NCBI GenBank assembly: GCA_027451365.1
Contig: DAIDJN010000086.1
Span: 1 to 40,361, forward strand
Length of the DNA stretch: 40,361 bases
From: Phycisphaerales bacterium
Lineage (GTDB): Bacteria; Planctomycetota; Phycisphaerae; WQYP01
Direction of reading: 5' to 3'
The notes beneath the pieces were generated by a model that saw nothing but the letters and a program-made list of their open reading frames with translations, searched no databases and was not told the origin of the DNA. The position numbers and the translations under genes are program-made. This document shows, in pieces, positions 17,643 to 26,188 of this stretch (its first letter is position 1; every line of letters starts with the position of its first letter).

Positions 17643-19033
17643 CCCATCTTCTACGGAACCTTGGGAAGGACTCCGGTCAATTAAAGTCATCAACTTCGCC
17701 ATCAGGCAAAGCGGCTGGCGCTTCCCCGGAAATTGTATGGGCCATCGCCCTGATTCTGGTCGCTGTTCTAACGGGCATTCTGGCCGTTCAAGCCCGCCAC
17801 AAAATTCTGGTGAACATGAATCAACAAAAGCATATTGATGCATTTGATTCCTATATGAAGGTTATTCCGCTGTTCATTCATCAGCACAAGCCTTATCGTT
17901 CGGACCGCTTTCCTTTGCCGCCGCTGGCCATGCTTTTTGTCGCGCCATTTACCCTGCTTTCCCGGCCCGATGCCCAGATGGCCTGGGTTCTGTGCAAACC
18001 GTTTATGTTCGTACCCATATTTCTGATGGTGCTTTCCATAGTGCGCCGAGGCGGCGGACCGATCCCGCCGCCGCTGGCGGTGGGCTTAATATTGCTCAGC
18101 TGGTTTTTTCCGGTCATCGGCGATATTCAGGAAGGGCAGATGAATCTGCTGATGCTGCTGCCACTTACGCTTTCACTTTGGCTGGCTCAGATTGAAACAC
18201 CGAAGACGGATTGCGCGGCGGGAATCATGCTGGCTTTGGCCATCTGCATCAAGGTTACACCGCTGGCATTTGTGGCCTATTTTGTTTACCGTCGCCGCTG
18301 GACGATTGTGGCATCCATCATTCTGGGTATCGGCTTCTGGCTGTTTTGCGTGCCGGCGGTCTTTTTCGGATGGCGGCAGAATCTGATCTGGCTCCATCAA
18401 TGGGCGGGGCTTATGATTCTGCCGTACGTGACGCATGATGCGATAAAATTTGCCAATGGTGAATCGATTCCGGAATTTGTCCTGCGTTTCACCACGCACC
18501 TGCCGGCCTGGAAAGCGACCGTGAACGGTCGAATGGTCAATCACTATGTAAACATTATAAATCTGCCGGTGAAGGCATCGCATGCAATCGGTCGCATAAT
18601 TCTGGTCCTTATTGCACTGGGTGGAATGGTATGGGCGCGGCGGCGGTTGCCGAGTTTTAAGTCACGCCGCTATTTGCTGGAAATTGCCGCAGTTTCCATG
18701 TTCATGCTGTGGGCTTCCGAACGTACGTGGGTGCCGCACTATGTCACCCTTATTTTTGCATTATTCGCCGCTGGTATGCTGGCGGTGGATACCGCGGCGA
18801 CTGCTTTAACGCGGCGCGCCGCGGCTGTTGGCCTGACACTTTGCTCGTTTTTAATGATCTGGACCAGCGATGCGGCTAAACTCTTCGGACCGAACGGTCG
18901 GCACTATGCCGATTGTGCCGACCTGGTACTTATAAGTTCCCTTTTACTGGCGGTCGTTATCGTCATGGGCCGGTTTAAAAATGGTTTGGATTTCGAGCCG
19001 GCGAAAACAGAGGCGCCAATCAGTTCGCAATAA
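17639..19033 (+). CDS. GT-C fold membrane glycosyltransferase, family 87 (DUF2029-like)
   Basis: Polytopic protein with P.PP..MLF..PF, GQMN, LAICIKVTPL, W.PHYV. ATGA overlap with the adaptor gene. Confidence 0.8.
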   Translation: MTHLLRNLGKDSGQLKSSTSPSGKAAGASPEIVWAIALILVAVLTGILAVQARHKILVNMNQQKHIDAFDSYMKVIPLFIHQHKPYRSDRFPLPPLAMLFVAPFTLLSRPDAQMAWVLCKPFMFVPIFLMVLSIVRRGGGPIPPPLAVGLILLSWFFPVIGDIQEGQMNLLMLLPLTLSLWLAQIETPKTDCAAGIMLALAICIKVTPLAFVAYFVYRRRWTIVASIILGIGFWLFCVPAVFFGWRQNLIWLHQWAGLMILPYVTHDAIKFANGESIPEFVLRFTTHLPAWKATVNGRMVNHYVNIINLPVKASHAIGRIILVLIALGGMVWARRRLPSFKSRRYLLEIAAVSMFMLWASERTWVPHYVTLIFALFAAGMLAVDTAATALTRRAAAVGLTLCSFLMIWTSDAAKLFGPNGRHYADCADLVLISSLLLAVVIVMGRFKNGLDFEPAKTEAPISSQ

Positions 19034-19174
19034 ACCCGTGGTAGACTGCGTTATCCATCGCTGTCCGATTTATTGTTGGGCGGCGCAAGATTCAATTTGC
19101 AGATCGGACCGCCTCGGCCGTGTGCCGGTACGGCATCTGAGGTTAAATGCATGCATTAATCTGGAGGCGCCTCC

Positions 19175-20668
19175 ATGAATTCTGAATATTCCCGAATGAC
19201 CCGCCGCACGGCACTTGCGGTCCTTGGAACCTCCGCCGCCGGGCTGCTGCCGCATTCCGGACCAGGCGTACTGGCCGCCCCGGTCGTCGGCGCGCCGCGG
19301 CTGTACCATGAAAAATTCAGACCGCAATTTCATTTCACCGCGCGCCACGGCTGGATTAACGATCCCAATGGGCTGGTCTATGTGAACGGCATATATCATC
19401 TGTTTTTTCAGTATTTGCCAAATAGCCTGAACGGAAATTCCGGTAACAAGTATTGGGGCCATGCCATCAGCCGGGACCTTATTCACTGGCGGCAGTTACA
19501 AGTTGCCATCAGTCCTGACAAATTCGGAGGAATCTGGAGCGGATCGGCCGCGGTGGATACCCACAATACCACCGGTTTTCAGCGCGGTAACAATCCGCCA
19601 GTTGTGGCCATGTACACCGCCGCAGGTGGTTCATCCAAAATCTCGCAGGGAGAGCCATTTGCCCAATGTCTTGCCTATAGCAATGACGGCGGCATGACGT
19701 TCGTCAAATATGCGCATAACCCGGTGTTGGGGCAAATTGTATCGGGTAATCGTGACCCTAAAATTTTCTGGCACGCGCCATCACATCGCTGGATCGTGCC
19801 ATTATTTCTTAATGCCGATCGTGGTTTTGCAATTCTAACTTCGCCGGATCTTATTTCTTGGCATAAAACCCAGGAATTGCATTTCCCGCAAAGCCAGGAA
19901 TGCCCCAATCTGTTCCCGTTGGCTGATCCGGTTTCCCCCCAGAAGCAGCATTGGATTTTCACCGCCGCCAACGGTCAGTATCTGATTGGTGATTTCAATG
20001 GTACTGCCTTTACGCCCCGCAGCGGACCGTTTGCCATGGATACCGGAAATAGCTTTTATGCCTCACAGATATTCAACGATATTCCAAAAAAAGACGGCCG
20101 CACCATACAAATAACCTGGATGCGCGGCGGCTCGTATCCCGGTATGCCGTTTAATCAGCAGTTGGGATTTCCCTGCACGCTGGCATTACAAAAGTCGGCC
20201 GGTGGATTGCGGATCGCACGCTGGCCGGTGCGGGAAATTCACCACCTTTGGCGCGCAGAACACCGCTTGCACAACGCCTCCGTGGCCCATGCCAGTCATC
20301 TGCTGCAAACCGTCGCCTCGGATATTCTGGATATCGAAATGGAAATCGCGGTCGGCAACTCACGAGAAATTGCCCTCACCGCGGGGGGGGTATCCATACA
20401 GTGGTCTGCCGGGACTGGAGCCATTCGCTGTCTTGGTGCCAGCGGAACAGCCGTCCCGGAAAATGGCCGGTTGGCGCTTCGGCTATTATTGGATCGGACG
20501 TCGCTGGAGCTTTTTGTCGGCGGTGGATTGTGCTCCATGAGTTCCTGTTACCTACCGAAGGTTGGCCGCGGTGGCAGCGGGCTGACTGCCAATGGTCGGG
20601 GCGCGCGGGTGACGGCATTGGCTATACGCGAGTTAAAATCAGCCTGGAACGATATTCCGCCAGCATGA
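19175..20668 (+). CDS. GH32 levanase / beta-fructofuranosidase with Tat signal
   Basis: Twin-arginine signal TRRTAL; catalytic WINDPNG, RDP and ECP; also WGHA.S.DL.HW, WSGSA, DRTSLELF. Confidence 0.93.
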   Translation: MNSEYSRMTRRTALAVLGTSAAGLLPHSGPGVLAAPVVGAPRLYHEKFRPQFHFTARHGWINDPNGLVYVNGIYHLFFQYLPNSLNGNSGNKYWGHAISRDLIHWRQLQVAISPDKFGGIWSGSAAVDTHNTTGFQRGNNPPVVAMYTAAGGSSKISQGEPFAQCLAYSNDGGMTFVKYAHNPVLGQIVSGNRDPKIFWHAPSHRWIVPLFLNADRGFAILTSPDLISWHKTQELHFPQSQECPNLFPLADPVSPQKQHWIFTAANGQYLIGDFNGTAFTPRSGPFAMDTGNSFYASQIFNDIPKKDGRTIQITWMRGGSYPGMPFNQQLGFPCTLALQKSAGGLRIARWPVREIHHLWRAEHRLHNASVAHASHLLQTVASDILDIEMEIAVGNSREIALTAGGVSIQWSAGTGAIRCLGASGTAVPENGRLALRLLLDRTSLELFVGGGLCSMSSCYLPKVGRGGSGLTANGRGARVTALAIRELKSAWNDIPPA

Positions 20669-20911
20669 CCGCAACGGTGCGGCGAAACAGAACTTTCCGG
20701 TTTGCGGCACTATGCGCCACTCTACAGTCGTGGGCAATGCGGATGTAAGCGGGTTGCTGATTTGCCCTGTTTTGCGGGCTTCAAAGCCCACAGCATGACG
20801 GCCTTTGGGTATGCACTTAAGGGAGGGCCATGCGCAGAGCGGAGGCGGACTTGATTGGGCGACAGATGATGTAAAGCCCGATTCCGGCGTCTCGTCAGCC
20901 GGTCCGCGTTG

Positions 20912-23900
20912 TCAGGTTGCCGCAGAGTATTGAATCAGGGAGATTTCCACGGCTTGAAGTTCCGCTTCCTGACTTGCCAACTGCTGGCGAAGGCCTTCGA
21001 CTACGGCGTGGGGAGCCTTGGAAACAAAATTTTCGTTGGCCAGTTTTGCTTTGCCGGCGGCAATCAGTCGCGTGAGTTCCTGCTGACGAGCTGAAATCTT
21101 TTTGGCTTCGGCCTGTTTGTCCACAATGCCCGCCACAAAAATTTGTACACCAGGGACAAGTGCCGATGCGCTGTCCGCCGGTGGAATGGCCTTAGGATCG
21201 CAGGTAAGAATGCCGGCGTTGGACAGCGGCTCAATAATAGCGCGACAGGCGAGAATATTGGCCGCGGTATCGGCGGATTCTGTTTGAATCACGACATCAA
21301 GTTTTCGCTTCAGGTCCACATTGTGGCTGTTGCGAAGATCGCGAATAGCGCGCGTAATCTGCTGGGCAAGGTCAATATCTTTTTCGGCCTGAGGATTGTC
21401 CAGAGCCGCGCGCGCTGTGGGAAATGGCGACACCACTAGCATTTTCACCGTGCCCGAAGCATCGGGCAGTTTGCCCCAGATAGCTTCGGTGACATAAGGC
21501 ATAACAGGATGTAACAGCGCCAATGTGGCGCGCAGTACATACAGCAGAACCTGTTGAACAACGGTGTCCTTGCGGTTGATGCGCGGCTTGGCAATTTCCA
21601 GATACCAGTCACACAGGTCGTTCCAGACAAACTGATAAAATGCGGCGGCGACTTCCGCGAAGCGGAACTGGTTTATGCAACCGGTTGCTCTGGTAATGGT
21701 GCTGTTCAGGCGGGAAAGAATCCAGCGGTCGGCAATATCCGCACTCGGACTGGCCACAAGCGACTGAATGTCGGAATCTGACGGTGCCGTGGAAATATCA
21801 AGATGCGAAAGAATAAACCGCGAGGCGTTCCAGAGCTTGTTGGCAAAATTGCGGCCCGCGTCAAACCGGGGGCTGGTGTTTTTGCCGCTGACCTTGTCTT
21901 TTACCACGGGCAGGCGGATATCCTGGGTTTCGGTGGCCATGGAGGCCAGCGTGTAACGCAGCGCATCGGCCCCGTGGCTTTCAATAATATCCACCGGGTC
22001 CACTCCATTACCCAGTGATTTTTTCATGGGGCGACCCTGTCCATCCTGAATAACTGCGTGGATGTAAACTTGCCTGAAGGGAATGTCCCCGTGGCAATAA
22101 AGGCCGAACATGACCATGCGGGCCACCCAAAGGGTTAGAATCTCCCGTGCGGTGGACAGCACGCTGGTCGGATAAAAGCGGCTTAGAATCTGGTCTTCCG
22201 GAGCGTCGCTTGTACCGCTGGCGGGCCAGCCCATGGTGGAAAGTGGCCAGAGTGCGGAAGAAAACCAGGTGTCCAGGACGTCCGGGTCCTGCATGACGCT
22301 TTCAATCCTGGGCACCGACGTTTCTGATCGTTCCAGTACCGTTTTCAATTCAGCCAGGCGGGCATCCGCTGCAGGTGTCCGCGTACACAGAACCAACTGC
22401 ATCTTTGCCAATGATTCCTGTATATTGAACTCCGCGTCTGAAATGCCGTGTTGATTGAGATATGTCCGAATTGCCCCGGCAGACTCCCGCAAACGGCCGC
22501 TTAATTGAGACTCATCGCTCTTAATCCTATCTTTTTTTAAATCGTTCCATGACACACAAAGTGTCCAGACCGGAATGCGGTGCCCCCACCAAAGCTGGCG
22601 ACTGATGCACCAGTCGCGCTTTTTGGAGAGCCACTCCACATAGCCACGGCTGTAGCGGTCCGGCGTTATTTTCACGCCGCCATTTTCAACGGCATCTATT
22701 GCGGCCTGCGCAAGACCACTGACGTTGTGGCCATTGGCCAGTGTTATTCCCCCATCCACATCGCTCATTTTTACAAACCATTGTTCGCTTAAATAGGGTT
22801 CGATGGGCGTTTTGCTGCGGTCGCTGTGCCCCACTTCATGTTCATGTGGCTTGGCCTCGGCAATCAGCCCCAATTTTTCCAAATCTTCCAGAATGGCGCG
22901 GCGGGCTTCGGTCGCAAATTTCAGACCAGTATAGTCGTACCGCCTGCCGCCAAATGTACCGGCACCCGCGTCATTCACTTTGCCGTCCGCTGTCAGTAAA
23001 TTGATCTGCCGCAGATTATGCCGCTGGCCGGTGGCGTAGTCGTTGGGGTCGTGGGCGGGGGTAACTTTTACCACGCCCGTGCCAAAGGCCGGGTCCACCA
23101 GCAGGCCATCACCAATAATTGGAATATTGCGGCCCGCCAGCGGAATTTCAACTTCGCGGCCAATTAAATGTTTATAACGCGGGTCTTCCGGATGCACGGC
23201 CACGGCGGTATCGCCCAGCATGGTTTCCGGACGGGTGGTGGCCACCACCAGAAATTCCGGATCGCCATCGCGCCGGTCAGCAATTGGATAGCGAATGGAA
23301 GTCATTTGGCCTTTGATCGTTTCATAATATATTTCATCATCCGCCACGGCGGTTTGCAGGTGGGTATCCCAATTGACCAGCCGCAGTCCACGAAAAATAA
23401 GGCCATCGTGAAACAATTTGAAAAAGGCCTCTCGCACCGCACGGGCGCATACATCGTCCAAAGTAAAGCGGGTACGCGGCCAATCGCATGAGCTGCCCAT
23501 GCGTTTAAGCTGTTCAAGAATGCGGTCACCGAATTTTTCCTTCCATTCCCAGATTCGTCGGACCAATTCATCGCGGCCAAGGTCGTGACGATTGAGCTTT
23601 TCCTTTTCGAAAATTGTCCGTTCCACCACGGCCTGTGTTGCGATGCCCGCGTGGTCGAGTCCGGGCATCCAAAGAGTGGCATCGCCGCACATGCGGTGAT
23701 AGCGCACCAGAATATCCTGAATGGTGCCGTTAATCGCGTGGCCCAGGTGCAGGGCTCCGGTAACATTCGGCGGTGGAATAACCACACTGAAGGAATTCTT
23801 TGCGGGGCTTTTTGCGCTGGCGTGGAACCCATTGGTGGCCTTGATCCATTGGGCGAAAATATCCTGCTCCACGGCCTGCGGGTTATATTGGGCGGATAAT

Positions 23901-23950
23901 TCCCGTGCGGATTCCGGCTTGGGATGGCTGGTGGTGTTGTGCTGATTCAC
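20912..23950 (-). CDS. valS: Valine--tRNA ligase
   Basis: PPPNVTGALHLGH, DHAGIATQ, ATTRPETMLGD, FGTG.VKVTPAHD, WCISRQLWWGHRIP, DVLDTWFSS, C-terminal coiled coil. Probable GTG start at 23950 after AAGGAA. Confidence 0.97.
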   Translation of the reverse strand: MNQHNTTSHPKPESARELSAQYNPQAVEQDIFAQWIKATNGFHASAKSPAKNSFSVVIPPPNVTGALHLGHAINGTIQDILVRYHRMCGDATLWMPGLDHAGIATQAVVERTIFEKEKLNRHDLGRDELVRRIWEWKEKFGDRILEQLKRMGSSCDWPRTRFTLDDVCARAVREAFFKLFHDGLIFRGLRLVNWDTHLQTAVADDEIYYETIKGQMTSIRYPIADRRDGDPEFLVVATTRPETMLGDTAVAVHPEDPRYKHLIGREVEIPLAGRNIPIIGDGLLVDPAFGTGVVKVTPAHDPNDYATGQRHNLRQINLLTADGKVNDAGAGTFGGRRYDYTGLKFATEARRAILEDLEKLGLIAEAKPHEHEVGHSDRSKTPIEPYLSEQWFVKMSDVDGGITLANGHNVSGLAQAAIDAVENGGVKITPDRYSRGYVEWLSKKRDWCISRQLWWGHRIPVWTLCVSWNDLKKDRIKSDESQLSGRLRESAGAIRTYLNQHGISDAEFNIQESLAKMQLVLCTRTPAADARLAELKTVLERSETSVPRIESVMQDPDVLDTWFSSALWPLSTMGWPASGTSDAPEDQILSRFYPTSVLSTAREILTLWVARMVMFGLYCHGDIPFRQVYIHAVIQDGQGRPMKKSLGNGVDPVDIIESHGADALRYTLASMATETQDIRLPVVKDKVSGKNTSPRFDAGRNFANKLWNASRFILSHLDISTAPSDSDIQSLVASPSADIADRWILSRLNSTITRATGCINQFRFAEVAAAFYQFVWNDLCDWYLEIAKPRINRKDTVVQQVLLYVLRATLALLHPVMPYVTEAIWGKLPDASGTVKMLVVSPFPTARAALDNPQAEKDIDLAQQITRAIRDLRNSHNVDLKRKLDVVIQTESADTAANILACRAIIEPLSNAGILTCDPKAIPPADSASALVPGVQIFVAGIVDKQAEAKKISARQQELTRLIAAGKAKLANENFVSKAPHAVVEGLRQQLASQEAELQAVEISLIQYSAAT

Positions 23951-24036
23951 AGATTTCCTTTTGCTGACAGTATTTACAGGCCCACCGGGACCCGCTGTTA
24001 CTCGTGATATAGCCGGCGATGGCATGGGCCGCGGTT

Positions 24037-25638
24037 TCAGGCGATGGCCGGCGGGTTCGGTGCCGTGCCTTCGCGGGATTCAACATCATGAATCAGGCGG
24101 TATTCCACGGCGTCACACAGGGCCTGCCAACTGGCTTCAATGATATTTTCCGAAACACCAACGGTTCCAAAGACGCCCTCTGGCGAACGGAATTCAATGA
24201 CCACGCGGACTTTGGCTGCGGTTTCTTCGCGGGCGTTTACAACGCGAACTTTGTAATCCACCAGATGCAGTAATTTTATACCCGGATAGGTTGGCTCCAG
24301 GGCGCTGCGCAACGCGGCATCCAGCGCGTTAACCGGGCCGTCGCCTTCCGCTGAAGCGGTAATAGCCTGGGCCGACACAAGCAGGGTCAGCGTGGCCTTG
24401 GTTGCCACCTTGCCCTGGCCCTGGCGGGACACCGCGCAGCGGTAATGGTCCAGATCAAAAAATTTGCGCCAACGGCCTATTTCCCTGCGAAGGATAAGTT
24501 CAAAAGACGCTTCAGCCGCCTCAAATACGTAGCCGGAGGATTCCAGGTCCGTAACCCGGTCAAGCACCCGCTTAAGTGCGACACGGTCATTTTCAATATT
24601 GAATTTGCGGCCCGCCTTGGCGGCAATATTGCTAACCCCGGAAAGCTCAGATACCAGAATACGGCGGGTATTGCCCACGGCGTCTGGCGCGACATGTTCA
24701 TAGGAACTGGCCAGTTTATTGACCGCGTGAACGTGCATTCCGCCCTTATGGGCAAAGGCGCTGGCACCCACGAACGGCTGGCCGGTGGTTGCGTTCAAAT
24801 TGGCTATTTCATAAACAAAGCGCGAGGCTTCGGTTAAATGCCGCAGGGAATCGGGCAGCAGACATTCGTACCCAAGTTTGAGCCGCAGATTGGCGATGAC
24901 AGTCGTGATATCCACATTGCCGCAGCGTTCGCCAATGCCGTTCATGGTTCCCTGCACCTGCACCGCACCGGCTTGTACCGCGACCAGGGCGTTGGCCACC
25001 GCCAGACCGCTGTCATTATGCGGATGGATGCCAATGGAAATGTTGACCGCATCCGCGGCGCGGCGCACCCATTGCGCAACATGTTCGGGCATCGAACCGC
25101 CATTGGTGTCACACAGGCACACCAGCACCGCGCCCGCCTGGGCCGCGGCCTGAATGGTTTGCAGGCCATATTCCGGGTTGGCTCCCACACCATCAAAAAA
25201 ATGTTCGGCATCGTATATGACCTTGCGACCCACGCTGGTCAGATAGCGGACGGAATCGGAAATCATTTCCAGATTTTCGCGTAACGACACGCCCAGCACT
25301 TCCGTGACATGCAGGTCCCAGGTTTTGCCGACCACGGTCACATATTCTGTTTTCGCGTCGCGCAAGGCAGTTAAGCCGATATCGTCCTGCGGCTTGACAC
25401 CTCGGCGGCGGGTCATGCCGAAGGCGACAAGTTTGGCGTGACGCATGGCAAGCCCGGCGGCTTCCGCAAAGAATGCGGCATCCTTCGGATTGGAAAGCGG
25501 ATAGCCCCCTTCAATGAAATCCACGCCGAGTTCGTCAAGCCGGGCGCAGATTTGCAGTTTGTCCTGAATGGAAAAGGATATCCCTTCGCCCTGGCTCCCA
25601 TCCCGCAGTGTTGTGTCATATACCGTTATGCGCGTCAT
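24037..25638 (-). CDS. cimA: Citramalate synthase (LeuA/CimA family)
   Basis: DTTLRDG.QGEG, EGGYP.SNPKD, VGKTWDLHV, YDAEHFFDG, LCDTNGG, H.HND, FAHKGGMH, LVSELSG, FEAAEASFEL, DYKVR; the bacterial CimA pattern. Confidence 0.92.
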   Translation of the reverse strand: MTRITVYDTTLRDGSQGEGISFSIQDKLQICARLDELGVDFIEGGYPLSNPKDAAFFAEAAGLAMRHAKLVAFGMTRRRGVKPQDDIGLTALRDAKTEYVTVVGKTWDLHVTEVLGVSLRENLEMISDSVRYLTSVGRKVIYDAEHFFDGVGANPEYGLQTIQAAAQAGAVLVCLCDTNGGSMPEHVAQWVRRAADAVNISIGIHPHNDSGLAVANALVAVQAGAVQVQGTMNGIGERCGNVDITTVIANLRLKLGYECLLPDSLRHLTEASRFVYEIANLNATTGQPFVGASAFAHKGGMHVHAVNKLASSYEHVAPDAVGNTRRILVSELSGVSNIAAKAGRKFNIENDRVALKRVLDRVTDLESSGYVFEAAEASFELILRREIGRWRKFFDLDHYRCAVSRQGQGKVATKATLTLLVSAQAITASAEGDGPVNALDAALRSALEPTYPGIKLLHLVDYKVRVVNAREETAAKVRVVIEFRSPEGVFGTVGVSENIIEASWQALCDAVEYRLIHDVESREGTAPNPPAIA

Positions 25639-25775
25639 ATATACCCCTTCCGGTCGCCTTGGCGACAGGTCTATTGTCGTTTAATTTTTGCAAGTATCAA
25701 CTGAAGCAGGCCGCGGCAGGGAAGAGCGTTCGCCCATGCCTCCCGGAATACGACGGGCCGGCTCGCCGGTGCGAG

Positions 25776-25895
25776 TTATACGCGCCCGGAAATGGCAGCG
25801 CAGAGACGAATCACCACCGCGACCGCGGTGAATGATCTGGAATCAGAACGCTGTGACGCGGGCTGAAGTCTCTGCACGGAACACCTCTTTTTCAT
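25776..25895 (-). CDS. Putative leader (attenuator) peptide upstream of cimA
   Basis: MKKRCSVQRLQPASQRSDSRSFTAVAVVIRLCAAISGRV* (39 aa; 33 aa from GTG 25877, which has a GAGGT SD). Has a Val/Ile/Leu cluster and ends 137 nt before the cimA ATG. Confidence 0.55.
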   Translation of the reverse strand: MKKRCSVQRLQPASQRSDSRSFTAVAVVIRLCAAISGRV

Positions 25896-26188
25896 CGCTG
25901 TATATTAGCGGAAACCCGGCGCAGGTCAACAAGAAGAGCGACGCGGCTGCGCCCCGAAAATAGACGCGCGGACAACGCGTTTTAAGAATCAATCCTCATT
26001 GCTGCGCCTGTCCTGATGAATCCGGATCGCTCGGTCGCTTCGCGGCCATGGTGGGATATTCCCTGTGAATCGCAAAGTGCCAAATTGCACGCAGTCAGGC
26101 GATTTCCAATTAAAACAGTCACAGCCCCGGCCACAGGTCAAACGCGGGGGCTTTGTTTCGCCAGAGGCCTCTGTTACCATATTCCGCC

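Noticed and set aside
25645..25900. T-box riboswitch upstream of cimA-valS
   Set aside because: No AAGGTGGTACCGCG-like T-box consensus or U-tailed terminator on the minus strand; the leader-peptide model fits better.
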